Source: Candidatus Omnitrophota bacterium (lineage in GTDB: Bacteria > Omnitrophota > Gorgyraeia > Zapsychrales > Zapsychraceae). From it: a DNA stretch of 64,000 nucleotides. The stretch lies in the NCBI GenBank assembly GCA_029261055.1, contig JAJDCA010000068.1:133275-197274 (forward strand), in the 5' to 3' direction. The notes under the pieces are model-generated. The model saw nothing but the letters and a program-made list of their open reading frames with translations. It searched no databases and was not told the origin of the DNA. A program made the translations under genes and the position numbers. The stretch's first letter is position 1. Each line of letters begins with the position of its first letter. Shown here piece after piece: positions 1 through 10,428 of this stretch.

Positions 1-691
1 CTGCTTGTACAAATGCTTCGGCGATATCCGTCACATAAGTAAAATCACGCGATTGCTCGCCAGTTCCCACAACTGTGAAAGGTTTGCCCTTTAATTTTTG
101 AGCTAAAAAAACACCAAACACAGCGCCATACGTCCCCGATGTTCGAGAACGCGGACCATATACATTAAAAAGACGCAAAGAAACAACTGGCAAATTATAA
201 ACCTTACTCCAATGCAAAGCTGTTTGTTCGCCCAAATATTTTGTTAAAGCATATGGATATTCCGGATCAGTCGGAGTTGTTTCCTCTGTAGGATAATGCC
301 CCTCAGGAGGAATTCCATAACAGGAGGATGATGCCGTATACATCACTTTTTTAACCTTTGCAAGACGTGCCGCCTCGACAACATTCATGGTGCCCATGAC
401 ATTGGATGCATAATAATTACGTGGATTAACAATGGAAGGAACAATATCTGCCAAAGCCGCCATATGAAAAACTATATCTATCCCTTCAAAGTGGGAAGCA
501 ATACTGTCAAAATTAACAATATCCGCCTCTACCAGCTGAATCTTATCTTTACAATGCTTCAAATTATCAGGTCTTCCTGTCGAAAAATTATCAATCACCG
601 TAACCTTATGATTGTCTGCTAAAAGACGATCCACCAAATGACTGCCAATAAAACCAGCCCCTCCCGTAACAAGAACATTTTTTTGAGTCAT
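1..691 (-). CDS. NAD-dependent epimerase/dehydratase (SDR, GalE/WcaG-like), 3' end truncated by window edge
   Basis: Manual translation from ATG at 691: MTQKNVLVTGGAGFIGSHLVDRLL... (GxxGxxG), ASSSCYG, YALTK (YxxxK), FNVYGPR. Not in the ORF track because it runs off the window. Confidence 0.9.
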   Translation of the reverse strand, partial: MTQKNVLVTGGAGFIGSHLVDRLLADNHKVTVIDNFSTGRPDNLKHCKDKIQLVEADIVNFDSIASHFEGIDIVFHMAALADIVPSIVNPRNYYASNVMGTMNVVEAARLAKVKKVMYTASSSCYGIPPEGHYPTEETTPTDPEYPYALTKYLGEQTALHWSKVYNLPVVSLRLFNVYGPRSRTSGTYGAVFGVFLAQKLKGKPFTVVGTGEQSRDFTYVTDIAEAFVQA

Positions 692-1287
692 ACTAACATC
701 TCCTCACTCTCTTTTACCTTTCCTGCAAAAAGATCAATCCAACAATGACAAATGGCATGATGCAAAACTTCCACATAACCATATTCTGATGCAGGAAGAT
801 AAAAATTAATATCCCCTAATTGACGAAGAGGATTATCTTCCTTAAACCCAGATAGGGTAATTATTTTTATATTCTTACGTTGCGCAGCTTGTGCCCCACG
901 AAGAATATTCTCTGATTGACCGGAACTGCTAATAGCTACCAGGATATCCCCTTCATCCGCAAACATTTCAATCGGCTTTTCAAAAACATGCTTATACCCA
1001 AAATCATTTGAAATGCATGTTAGCCCTGATGAGTCATTAAATGCCATCGCGCGCACCTCGTTTGTTTTCCAAAAATCTGTAGCCATATGACTAGCAATGG
1101 AAGCACTGGCACCGTTCCCAATAAACATTAACTTGTGGTTATTTTGTTTAACATCCTTAATCACATCCAAAGTCTTAGATACTCCGTCGTCGAATGAACA
1201 AGGCGTCCCATCACAAAGACCCACCCTAATAGAATCCATTAAACTCTTTAAGGTACTCACATATTGATCAACTGAAGATTTCATCAT
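688..1287 (-). CDS. gmhA: SIS-domain sugar-phosphate isomerase (phosphoheptose isomerase-like)
   Basis: GNGASASIASH, ISNDFGY, ISSSGQSENI, VEVLH motifs. Start moved to ATG 1287, which has a GGAGGAG RBS at 1291-1297. Confidence 0.8.
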   Translation of the reverse strand: MMKSSVDQYVSTLKSLMDSIRVGLCDGTPCSFDDGVSKTLDVIKDVKQNNHKLMFIGNGASASIASHMATDFWKTNEVRAMAFNDSSGLTCISNDFGYKHVFEKPIEMFADEGDILVAISSSGQSENILRGAQAAQRKNIKIITLSGFKEDNPLRQLGDINFYLPASEYGYVEVLHHAICHCWIDLFAGKVKESEEMLV

Positions 1288-1301
1288 ATTCTCCTCCCAC
1301 T

Positions 1302-2345
1302 CTACTCCGGTACATCCTCCATAGACCACCGGGATTCCTCAATAGAATAATCATCCGATATTTTATCAACTAAATTTTTTAAATCCTTCACCGTCATCCA
1401 GTCTGCATTACTGTCTGATGTATATCTAAAGCCTTCCGAGCATATATGCCCCTTTTCTCCAATCAGAGCTTCCTGAAGTTTTTTTCTTAACGGCCCATCT
1501 TGCTGAACAATAAAACATTCTTTAAATTCAATAGCATTACGCGCTTCATCTTCACTTATCAAAACCTCGTTTACCTTTTCTCCCGGACGAACACCAACAA
1601 CCTCTCGCTTGCATTCAGGTGCGATGGCCTGGGCTAAATCTGTAATTTTCATCGAAGGAATTCGCGGAACAAAAATTTCTCCCCCCTTGGATCTCGATAA
1701 AGAAATAAGAACAAAATGAACAGCTTGATCCAATGTAATCCAAAAACGCGTCATACTATCATCAGTTATGGGCAATACTCCTGTTTTGGCTCTTTCCTTA
1801 AAAAACGGAATGACTGAACCACGACTGCCTAAAACATTACCATAACGAACAACGGCAAATTTTGTCGTGTTATGCCTCCCAACCTGATTCTCAGCGACAA
1901 AAAGCTTATCAGAACATAATTTTGTGGCTCCATAAAGATTAATAGGATTACACGCCTTATCTGTTGACAACGCAATCACCTTCTTAACATCATTTTCAAT
2001 GGCCGCATCAATAATATTCACAGCACCCAAAACATTTGTTTTGATGTATTCTTCCGGATTACGCTCAGCCGCCGGAACCTGTTTCAATGCCGCAGCATGG
2101 ATAATGTAATCAACCCCTTTGAAAACACGCATGAGCCGATCTTTATCCCGCACATCACCCAAAACATACTCTAAACAAGGATATTTAGCAGGGCTCCACT
2201 TCTGCGTCATCTCAAATTGCTTCAATTCATCCCGACTAAATATAATAAGCCGTTTTGGCTTATATTCCGCTAATACAATCTGAATCATTTTCTTTCCAAA
2301 AGAACCTGTCCCACCTGTAATCAAAATAGATTTATTATTTAACAT
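1302..2345 (-). CDS. pseB: UDP-N-acetylglucosamine 4,6-dehydratase (inverting)
   Basis: TGGTGSFG, SRDELKQ, HAAALKQVP, LSTDKA, YGATK, RYGNVLGSRGSV, MTRFWI, RPGEK motifs of the PseB/FlaA1 family. Confidence 0.88.
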   Translation of the reverse strand: MLNNKSILITGGTGSFGKKMIQIVLAEYKPKRLIIFSRDELKQFEMTQKWSPAKYPCLEYVLGDVRDKDRLMRVFKGVDYIIHAAALKQVPAAERNPEEYIKTNVLGAVNIIDAAIENDVKKVIALSTDKACNPINLYGATKLCSDKLFVAENQVGRHNTTKFAVVRYGNVLGSRGSVIPFFKERAKTGVLPITDDSMTRFWITLDQAVHFVLISLSRSKGGEIFVPRIPSMKITDLAQAIAPECKREVVGVRPGEKVNEVLISEDEARNAIEFKECFIVQQDGPLRKKLQEALIGEKGHICSEGFRYTSDSNADWMTVKDLKNLVDKISDDYSIEESRWSMEDVPE

Positions 2346-2373
2346 AATTACTCCAGCTAAAGATTTGTCTCAA

Positions 2374-2970
2374 TTATTTCTGGGCAAATCCACATTGAAC
2401 TTCTCGTGAGTTCCCTACATGATTCATAAAAACATCATCCTGGGCCAATGCTTCAATAAGGTTAATTGTCTGCTGAGCCTCTGGAACAGGCTTTATATTT
2501 TCTTTACATATCATTAAAACCCCATTCATCTTTTGAGAAGGAGGTTTATCAATATAGGTAATATGACAATCGCTGATGCCATTTTCTTTAAGAACCATTT
2601 CAATAAGCATGGCAAAATCCGACTTTCCAAAAATAATAAAAATCCTTTCCCCTTCTTCATAAAATTTCAGCACTATTTTTTTAATTCTTTCTTTAATAAG
2701 ACTAATGGAATTAATAGTGTTCAGGGTATACTTAACCGATTTACGCATTTTTTCCATAATTCCTTTTGGGGTAAGGAGATATTTAGCCTTTTTCTTATTA
2801 AGTTGGGTGATACGGATGAATCCTTTGGAAATAAGCCTACGAATAAGCATGTTCGTTTGACCTAAGGAAAGGTCCATCTGGAGGGATAGGTCTCGCTGAT
2901 TGGAACCCAAATGGGCACCAATAATATTGATGAGTTCAAATTCTCTTTCGTCTAAAACGTCTTTAGGCAT
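2374..2970 (-). CDS. Winged-helix (MarR-like, EPS-locus-associated) transcriptional regulator
   Basis: N-terminal SNQRDLS..MDLSLGQTNMLIRRLISKGFI...YLLTPKG..EK pattern typical of regulators in polysaccharide loci; C-terminal Rossmann-like segment. Confidence 0.8.
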   Translation of the reverse strand: MPKDVLDEREFELINIIGAHLGSNQRDLSLQMDLSLGQTNMLIRRLISKGFIRITQLNKKKAKYLLTPKGIMEKMRKSVKYTLNTINSISLIKERIKKIVLKFYEEGERIFIIFGKSDFAMLIEMVLKENGISDCHITYIDKPPSQKMNGVLMICKENIKPVPEAQQTINLIEALAQDDVFMNHVGNSREVQCGFAQK

Positions 2971-3000
2971 AAGAAGTTATCACTAAATAACACGTAATTT

Positions 3001-3045
3001 GTTCAATAATTGAACGTATTATAAATCCTTAATGCCTTCTGTCAA
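3001..3045 (-). promoter_or_regulatory. Sigma70 promoter with downstream palindromic operator for the regulator-pseB-gmhA-epimerase unit
   Basis: Minus strand TTGACA (3045-3040), 16 nt, TATAAT (3023-3018), followed by palindrome GTTCAAT-N-ATTGAAC (3001-3015) at the expected +1 region. Confidence 0.75.
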
Positions 3046-3053
3046 GCACAAAC

Positions 3054-4808
3054 TTAAAACACCCGTAAATTCCTCAAATGATCCGCCTTCTCTTTTGGAC
3101 GTCCCTGCAAATATTGCTGACTCAATATAAGCATCACCGCACAATCCTGATACCCCTGCTTAAGCTGATCTTGTAATACTTTCCCATCATCAATCTGTCC
3201 GGAAAGCAAAGGAAGGTAAATAATCTTGGATGAGCTAATATACTTTATAGCATGTTCTGGTTTCTGCTTTAAAGCCTTGGTAAGCACATCGACCGCCTTC
3301 GCATATTCCTTTTGTTTAAAATAAATTGTTCCCAAATTATGATAAAACCAAAAAAATCTCGGCTCCATCTCAATAGCTTTACGATAAGCCACCACAGAAC
3401 CCTCCACCTTGCCTAAATGATACAAACAAAACCCTAATACCCCATGAGCATCCGGCCGATTAGGAATATATTGAATAATTTTTTGATAATAACGTTCATA
3501 TTTTTCTAGTTTACTTTTATTTATTTCTCCTGCCATTTTCGAAATTTGAAATAAATATTCATAAGATGCCGGCTGAAGACGATTTAATGTTTGATTCCGA
3601 GCTCGTTTTTTGAAATCACCGTAATTAATTATAAAATTTCCTATTAAAAAGAAACTCATTAAAATAATGCTGCTCAACCGAATCCAGTTCCACCATGGCA
3701 TAGACTTCAGACGAAACTGCTTTATTCTTTCCCAATAAAATGGGACAGCTACTGCTAAAGAAATCATAAAAACAGGAAAAATCAATTCATAATACCGATA
3801 CTGTCGATGCGTAAAATAAACCCCCCGAGATATCGTGATATAATTAATTATCGGCGATATAAAGTATAAAATAAATATCGTTAAAAATATGACGGTATGA
3901 CTGCGCAACTTCTGATAAGAGACCGTCATAAGGATTCCTAAAAATGATAAAATTGGCACCATGCGCATTGCTTTCCAAAATTGGAAAAAATTAGCTAAAT
4001 ACTGATCAAAGCTTTCCTGTCCGGAAACATGACTATATGTTCCTACTTTTCCTAAAATGTAATACAAACAAATAATCCCCGGAAAAATAAAAATTTTTAA
4101 AATCTTTTTTACTACGTCCCAAAAATTCTCTTTATACATCAATTCGACGACCATAAAACTCAATGCAAAACTAAACATCTGAAATATTGAAACAGTTGCT
4201 GTTAAAGCCAAAAAGCTAAACAATATAATTAAAACACGATGGGCTTTTGGATAACATACATACCAGACCATCGTCAAAAACCACAATCCATTCCAAAGCG
4301 CATAAACTCTCATTTCTATAGAAAAAAAGAAATTATGTAATCGAAAATAATAATCTCCCAAAGCACACAAAAGAAGCCCTGCTTGTAAACACTTCAAGAA
4401 AAAATTCACCTTTCCCTGGCCCGGTTTAAAATATATAAGAAAAATAACAATTAATCCTGATAGTAAACTGGAAAAGATAGGGTGCAGGCGATAATACACA
4501 TTAAACGGCAAACCAAAAGAGTGCAGAGGTCCTCTTAATTGATCCCAAACCTTTAAAAAAACATAATCCAACGGTGCTGGACTTAGCTGTCCACTAGCCC
4601 CATTGACCAAAATATCCCAATAAGCAGATTTCTGAACACTATACTCCAGGCTCCAGCTTTCATCCAACCACAAATCCTTTTTCTCAGCTGAATCAAAAGC
4701 TTGCATAGCAAAAGTAACGGCTATCCAAATTGAAAAAACAAGAAACAGGCTGCCAATGTATTTACAATGGCCACCCTTCAATACTAATTTATGGTTAACT
4801 TCAGACAT
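3054..4808 (-). CDS. Polytopic membrane protein (GT-C/PMT-like, LWLDE motif) fused to C-terminal TPR module
   Basis: DLWLDES acidic motif after the first TM helix, about 10 hydrophobic segments, EMRVYAL; C-terminal TPRs (AHGVLGFCLYHLG, FYHNLGTIYFKQKEY). Confidence 0.6.
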   Translation of the reverse strand: MSEVNHKLVLKGGHCKYIGSLFLVFSIWIAVTFAMQAFDSAEKKDLWLDESWSLEYSVQKSAYWDILVNGASGQLSPAPLDYVFLKVWDQLRGPLHSFGLPFNVYYRLHPIFSSLLSGLIVIFLIYFKPGQGKVNFFLKCLQAGLLLCALGDYYFRLHNFFFSIEMRVYALWNGLWFLTMVWYVCYPKAHRVLIILFSFLALTATVSIFQMFSFALSFMVVELMYKENFWDVVKKILKIFIFPGIICLYYILGKVGTYSHVSGQESFDQYLANFFQFWKAMRMVPILSFLGILMTVSYQKLRSHTVIFLTIFILYFISPIINYITISRGVYFTHRQYRYYELIFPVFMISLAVAVPFYWERIKQFRLKSMPWWNWIRLSSIILMSFFLIGNFIINYGDFKKRARNQTLNRLQPASYEYLFQISKMAGEINKSKLEKYERYYQKIIQYIPNRPDAHGVLGFCLYHLGKVEGSVVAYRKAIEMEPRFFWFYHNLGTIYFKQKEYAKAVDVLTKALKQKPEHAIKYISSSKIIYLPLLSGQIDDGKVLQDQLKQGYQDCAVMLILSQQYLQGRPKEKADHLRNLRVF

Positions 4809-5928
4809 TTAAAAAGGCAGCTTCAAAACATTCCAATGCCGCTAAAATTATTTTATCCATATCATAATAAGCATAATCGCCCAAACGACCGCCAAAAATA
4901 ACATTACCCTCTGCTTTAGCAAGCGACTTGTATTTTTTTAAATTTGATTTATCTTCCTGAGTATGAACAGGATAATAAGGTTCCATGGGATTATTACAAG
5001 ATGTTTCGAAAAAAATTAATGATTGTTTTTTTGCATAATTTCTTTCTAGATGAAGATGCTGAGGTTCGTGAATACGCGTATATGGCACATCTAAATCCGC
5101 ATAATTCATTACAGAGGTTCCTTGATAATCTTCCACATCAACAACTTTTTTCTCAAGGGATATAGATCGCCATGCCAATTTACCATATCTATAATCAAAA
5201 TAGCGATCAATCGGCCCTGTATAAATGATTTTCTTTTTCACCTTAAACTCATCACGACATTCAAAATAATCACAATTTAACCTAATACGAATGCCCGATG
5301 AATTTAACATATTCTCAAAAATCATTGTGTACCCTCCTGAAGGTACCCCCTGCCACACGGCATCATGAAAATAATCTTCGCAATAATTAAACCTGACAGG
5401 AAGACGGGCAATAATACTGGCAGGCAAATCCTGAGGATTCTTATCCCATTGCTTAATCGTATAAGATTTAATAAAAGCTTCGTAAAGAGGCCGGCCAATC
5501 AAACTGATGGCTTTTTCTTCAAAGTTCTTTGGTTCTACGATATTCTCTTTTTCAATTTCTTTCTCTATAAACCTTCTAGCTTCTGTCGGTGTAAAATTTT
5601 TTTCATAAAAAGTATTTATCGTTTCCAAATTAACAGGCATTTGGTAAACGACGCCTTTATATTTTGTTAAAACTTGGTGGTGGTACCCATTAAAAGAAGT
5701 GAACTGTGTAATGTAGTCCCAAACTTTCTGAGAAGATGTATGAAAAATATGCGTTCCATATAGATGATGTTCAATTCCTGTTTCTTGATCTTCTGCTGAA
5801 TAACAATTACCTCCAATATGATCCCGTTTATCAATAACAACAACATTAGCCCCTAATTCATTGGCAATACGTTCAGCCAAAACGCTTCCAAAAAAACCTG
5901 CCCCGACTACAAGGTAATCACATTCCAT
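4801..5928 (-). CDS. glf: UDP-galactopyranose mutase
   Basis: VVGAGFFG, HIGGNCYS, HLYGTHIFHT, YTGPIDRYF, PYTRIHE, EPYYP, GGRLGDYAYYDMD. Confidence 0.95.
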   Translation of the reverse strand: MECDYLVVGAGFFGSVLAERIANELGANVVVIDKRDHIGGNCYSAEDQETGIEHHLYGTHIFHTSSQKVWDYITQFTSFNGYHHQVLTKYKGVVYQMPVNLETINTFYEKNFTPTEARRFIEKEIEKENIVEPKNFEEKAISLIGRPLYEAFIKSYTIKQWDKNPQDLPASIIARLPVRFNYCEDYFHDAVWQGVPSGGYTMIFENMLNSSGIRIRLNCDYFECRDEFKVKKKIIYTGPIDRYFDYRYGKLAWRSISLEKKVVDVEDYQGTSVMNYADLDVPYTRIHEPQHLHLERNYAKKQSLIFFETSCNNPMEPYYPVHTQEDKSNLKKYKSLAKAEGNVIFGGRLGDYAYYDMDKIILAALECFEAAFLNV

Positions 5929-6637
5929 GCTTCAACCCCAATTTCGGACGGCACCACAATACCTGCCAGAAAGATTTTATCGCCACTCTAAAGAGCTTCC
6001 ATTTCACAATAGACACCTCACCTGTCTTCCTCCCCTCATGAAGCACAGGATATTCATAAATACGCACTCTCTCCCTAGATAATACTCCGGAAATAATGAC
6101 ATTAGGGGCAAAGATATGCGAAGGAATTTGAACAATAATTGGGTTTAAAATACTGCTTCGCATCAAACGATAAGGAACATTCACATCTGTTACACCTCGA
6201 CCAAATAATATCCGTACGCTCAATCGAGAAAAAATACTAATACACCATCGCGACACATTTTGGTCTCTCCCCTGCCTTACACCAAACAATACATCGAAAT
6301 CTTTACGTTTATGCCACAAATAAGGAAAATAATCTGGTTTGATTTCATCATCACCATCACACTGAAAAACCCATTGTGCTGTCTCTACAGCTTTTTGATA
6401 ACCTAATAATATCGTCGGCCCATGCCCACTATTTTCTTTATGAATAACCACAACATGCGAATCTCCTTTAAATGCCTCCAACGTTTCCCGCGTCCCGTCT
6501 GTTGACCCATCATTTAAAATGATAATTCGGAATTTTATTTGAAGGCAGGATAGCACGGCCTGCCAGGATTTAACAACCCTTACAACACAAGCTTCTTCGT
6601 TATAAACAGGAATAAGAACCGCAAGATCAAGGGACAT
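5918..6637 (-). CDS. Glycosyltransferase family 2 (DPM synthase-like)
   Basis: LIPVYNEE, LNDGSTDGT, NSGHG, QCDGD (DxD), DVNVPYRL. Confidence 0.9.
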   Translation of the reverse strand: MSLDLAVLIPVYNEEACVVRVVKSWQAVLSCLQIKFRIIILNDGSTDGTRETLEAFKGDSHVVVIHKENSGHGPTILLGYQKAVETAQWVFQCDGDDEIKPDYFPYLWHKRKDFDVLFGVRQGRDQNVSRWCISIFSRLSVRILFGRGVTDVNVPYRLMRSSILNPIIVQIPSHIFAPNVIISGVLSRERVRIYEYPVLHEGRKTGEVSIVKWKLFRVAIKSFWQVLWCRPKLGLKHGM

Positions 6638-6646
6638 ATGATAAAT

Positions 6647-6998
6647 TCACCACTTAAATTCAACACCTTCTCGATAACATTGGGCGCACATGGGGTTGGC
6701 GGCACGGCCTTTGGTAGTCATCATTTGCCTCATGGCGATGGCGTTGGGGCCGTTCCAGACATCCATCACGTTTGTTTTTCCTACTTCAAATGTTTTATAA
6801 GGTTTACTATCACTCCAAACAACAGCATCACAACAAGGCAGAACATCGCCGTTAAAATTAACTTGCATGCCTTTCCACAACCAGTCACACGATATCTGTA
6901 AAGGAAGTGGATGGCGGCTCCTTGTCTTCCAAACCGCATTTCGGATTCCCAGGACGTATATTCATCATAAGCCCCAAATCATTACAAAATTTACCCAC
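6647..6998 (-). pseudogene. 5'-truncated, frameshifted paralogous copy of the SPASM end of the radical SAM gene at 7898..8926
   Basis: Aligns to 7898..8260; 64/76 aa identical in the last segment; 11-nt deletion at ~6911; no radical SAM core or start codon. Confidence 0.85.
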
Positions 6999-7016
6999 CT
7001 TTAAAAGGCAGATTCT

Positions 7017-7904
7017 TCACTTTTTTCTGGCAACAGAAATCATATTTTCAACGCTTAATTTAAGAGACACATTTGATAACTTTGTCAATTTTAAAAACGT
7101 CCGTAGGAGTTTCTTAAAAAATATTGGTAAGGGTAACATTCGCATAACATGATCTAACTGATACCTGTTTGCAATATTTTTTATACAGCACACTTCAAAA
7201 CCATTCTTTTCTAAAATCTTACGCATAGTTTTTTTATCCCATAAATGAATATGGGAAATATCATATGTTGATGCTTTATCCCTCAGTACCATTGGAAGAA
7301 AAGATTTAATATCATGATGAATGGCTAAAAGAATTCCGCCTTTCTTTAAATATTGATAAACTATCTGAAGAAATTGATTCGGCTTTACTATATGATCAAA
7401 AACTTGAAAAAAACAAACAGCATCAAAATATTCCCCTGGGAATATACCTTCCTTAAGCTCTGTATTCTTAATTCGATTTTGCAAAAACGAAGGTGCATTA
7501 TTATAAGCCCCCCTGCTTGGTTCAATTCCCCAAACTTCCTTGAACCCATATTTTTTTATTTTATTAAGAAAAAAGCCATCAGCACAACCGATTTCTAACA
7601 AACGCCCTTTTTCATGAATAAAATGCTGCATCTTCTCAAACTGCCCTAAATAATCGGCTACCATGTTTTTTAACTGAGGTTCTTCAATAAATTGACTTTG
7701 ACGATACAACTGCATAATTTTATTTTCCGGAATAATCGGATTAGAATAAACTAATCCGCAATCTACGCATTGAACAACACGAAAATGCATATGGTCAGGA
7801 GTCTTTCGTCCCACAAATTCTAATGATTCAATTTCAAACTTCTCTGAAAAACGCACTTTAAATTTATTTTTCTCACCACAAATAGGACAATGAATGTTTA
7901 CCAT
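7017..7904 (-). CDS. Class I SAM-dependent methyltransferase with N-terminal zinc-ribbon
   Basis: CPIC...CVDC, LLEIGCADG (motif I), GIEPS, FDAV..FQVFDHI..P, LKKGG. Confidence 0.88.
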   Translation of the reverse strand: MVNIHCPICGEKNKFKVRFSEKFEIESLEFVGRKTPDHMHFRVVQCVDCGLVYSNPIIPENKIMQLYRQSQFIEEPQLKNMVADYLGQFEKMQHFIHEKGRLLEIGCADGFFLNKIKKYGFKEVWGIEPSRGAYNNAPSFLQNRIKNTELKEGIFPGEYFDAVCFFQVFDHIVKPNQFLQIVYQYLKKGGILLAIHHDIKSFLPMVLRDKASTYDISHIHLWDKKTMRKILEKNGFEVCCIKNIANRYQLDHVMRMLPLPIFFKKLLRTFLKLTKLSNVSLKLSVENMISVARKK

Positions 7905-8926
7905 TTAAATTCTACCCCCCGCCTATAACATTGCGCACACATGGGGTGGGCGGCACGGCCTTGGGTAGTCATCATCTTTCTCATCGCAATGGAGTTGGGA
8001 CCGTTCCACACATCCATCACGTTTGTTTTCCCCACTTCAAATATCTCATAAGGTTTACTACCGCTCCAAATAACGGTTTCACAGCAAGGAAGAATATCCC
8101 CATTAAAGTTGACTTGCATACCCTTCCACAACCAGTCACAGGATATCTGCAAAGGAAGCGGCTCCAACGATAACGGAGGCTCTTTATCTTCTAATCCACA
8201 TTTCGGATTTCCAGGGCGTATATTCATCATAAGCCCTAAATCATCACAAAACTTACGGACATCGTCTACCTGATGTTTGTTATATTGATACAGAATAAAA
8301 TCAATCAAAATAAGCATATTGTATTTTCCTTTTCTGTTAGCCCTGGCCAGCATACGAATATTTTCTTTAAGCTTCTCTACATGACCATAACGAATTTGGA
8401 TACTATAAACATCCTGCGTGAATCCGCCGAGTTGAATTTTAATAAAATCTATCCCCGCTGTTAAAATTTGGGTAATGTTTTCTTGAGTAAATTTCAATCC
8501 ATTAGTCGAAATCATCGTAGCAACCCCGCGGTCTGTCGCAAAACGGATAACCTTATGCAAGTCTTTATACAGCAATGGCTCCCCATTGGTATATAAGACA
8601 GCAATTAACACACGACTTTTGACCTGATCGATAATTTCCTGAGCCATTTCTAATGGCATCTTTCCCTTTTTAATAGCCCCTTTTGACCCTTCGGGATTTA
8701 TATCATGAATAACACCCTTAGCATCCCGACAAAACAAACAGCCGGCATTACATTCATTCCATAATTCTAAACTTAAAATAAAAGGAGACTTGGCAGATTT
8801 TTTAGATTTTAATACATAGGCGAGACTGCAAACAAAAACATTAAAAACTTTCTTTATAGTAATTTTTTTCTGCTTCAAAACCCTAAGCAATAAATTCCAT
8901 TTCAAATAATTATATCGATTACGCAT
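7898..8926 (-). CDS. Radical SAM protein with SPASM/twitch domain
   Basis: CNAGCLFC (CxxxCxxC), NGEPLL, ISTNG; C-terminal CDWLW..GDILPCC...CAQC. Confidence 0.9.
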   Translation of the reverse strand: MRNRYNYLKWNLLLRVLKQKKITIKKVFNVFVCSLAYVLKSKKSAKSPFILSLELWNECNAGCLFCRDAKGVIHDINPEGSKGAIKKGKMPLEMAQEIIDQVKSRVLIAVLYTNGEPLLYKDLHKVIRFATDRGVATMISTNGLKFTQENITQILTAGIDFIKIQLGGFTQDVYSIQIRYGHVEKLKENIRMLARANRKGKYNMLILIDFILYQYNKHQVDDVRKFCDDLGLMMNIRPGNPKCGLEDKEPPLSLEPLPLQISCDWLWKGMQVNFNGDILPCCETVIWSGSKPYEIFEVGKTNVMDVWNGPNSIAMRKMMTTQGRAAHPMCAQCYRRGVEFKW

Positions 8927-8937
8927 AGTATAATTAA

Positions 8938-9942
8938 TTACCTTTCTGCAAAATCTTCTCGCTGTATAGAAGAAGAGCTCTGCGGAAAACCAAAAGTATT
9001 TTTGATAATATAATTTGGCCGTCCCTTACTCTGTTCATAAATAGAATTTAAATATACCCCCATGATACCAATACAAAACAATTGCACCCCACCCATAAAT
9101 AACACTACAATCATCAATGGCGTCCATCTTGGGATAGAATTCCCTTGAATATAGTTAATAAATACATAACCCATAAGGACAAAATCAATGATGAGTGCCA
9201 AAAAACCCAAAAAAGAAGCTATTTTTAGTGGCGCTGAAGAAAATGAAATTAACGCCGAACCAAAAAAGTTATTCAGAACTTTCGGGCTTAAGACATGAAA
9301 TTTAGATCGGCCTGAAAAACGCGCATCCCTATCGTACTTAACATATTTCTGTTTAAATCCCAACCAACATACTAATCCGCGCATGAAAGGATGGATCTCT
9401 CGCATTTTAACAAGGTGCTCAACAGCTCGACTGGAAAGCAATTTAAAATCACCTGCTTCTACAGGGAGATATAACGATGAAAATTTATTGAGAATAAGAT
9501 AACCAATACGCGTAATAAAAAGCTTAAATCTTGATTCGCCTTTACGAGAACGCCGTACCGTATGGACAATGTCTACATCCTCTTCACTTTGCCATTCACG
9601 CAATAAATCTGAAATAACCTCAGGTGGATCCTGTAAATCCGTATCCATATAAACAACGGCATCTCCCGAAGCATACTTCATGCCAGCTAAAACACACGGT
9701 GACACGCCAAAACATCGAGACATATTAATAATACGGATATCTTCTTGTTCTTTGGAGTGTTCAATAAGAATATTTTTGGAATTATCCGTAGAATCGTCGT
9801 TAACAAAAATTAATTCATGCGATGTAATAACGCCCTTGCTCTGCTCCTGAGTAAGGACAGCGCGGACACGTTTAATTAATTCCGGAAGGACGTCTTCTTC
9901 ATTACGAAATGAAAAGACAACGGAAAGTATTTTAGAATTCAA
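8938..9942 (-). CDS. Polyprenyl-phosphate glycosyltransferase (GT2, GtrB-like) with two C-terminal TM helices
   Basis: FRNEE, VNDDSTD, SRCFG, MDTDLQDPP, AGDFKL, FMRGL..WLGF, two TM helices, K-RP-Y end. Confidence 0.9.
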   Translation of the reverse strand: MNSKILSVVFSFRNEEDVLPELIKRVRAVLTQEQSKGVITSHELIFVNDDSTDNSKNILIEHSKEQEDIRIINMSRCFGVSPCVLAGMKYASGDAVVYMDTDLQDPPEVISDLLREWQSEEDVDIVHTVRRSRKGESRFKLFITRIGYLILNKFSSLYLPVEAGDFKLLSSRAVEHLVKMREIHPFMRGLVCWLGFKQKYVKYDRDARFSGRSKFHVLSPKVLNNFFGSALISFSSAPLKIASFLGFLALIIDFVLMGYVFINYIQGNSIPRWTPLMIVVLFMGGVQLFCIGIMGVYLNSIYEQSKGRPNYIIKNTFGFPQSSSSIQREDFAER

Positions 9943-10428
9943 ATTAAATTATCCCTTTGATTCAACTCATTTCTCTCTTTATAATTATCTATTTTTTACA
10001 AAGCGTAGCATATAATACATTCAAACCAAAAGCAACGTCAAATTTCCATATATACGACTTAAAAATCATTCCTATACAAATCAAAAATAACCGGTACAAA
10101 AGCTCATGTCTACTTTGATGACCATCTCATCTCTGAGATATGAAAAAACTTAAATTTAGTCGTGTTGTTTAGGCGTCAGGGTTATTCCCATAATTTGTTT
10201 TATTTTTTTATTTATATGTTACTATGGATACACTTATACAAGTGGGGTTAGATACATTATGCATCCAATTTTAGCCCTATTTTATTTAGGATCACTAGGA
10301 TTTAACAAATTAATAACGCAAATAGAAAAACAAAAGTGGCATACCAATATCAAATGCTTAATTGTTTTTTCCCTATATATTACTTATCTCAATAAAAATA
10401 TTTTAATTATATTCAAAGGAGTCTAAAA

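Noticed and set aside
6647-8260. Diversity-generating retroelement TR/VR pair
   Set aside because: Differences involve all four bases, are mostly at third codon positions and are not adenine-specific; no reverse transcriptase in the window
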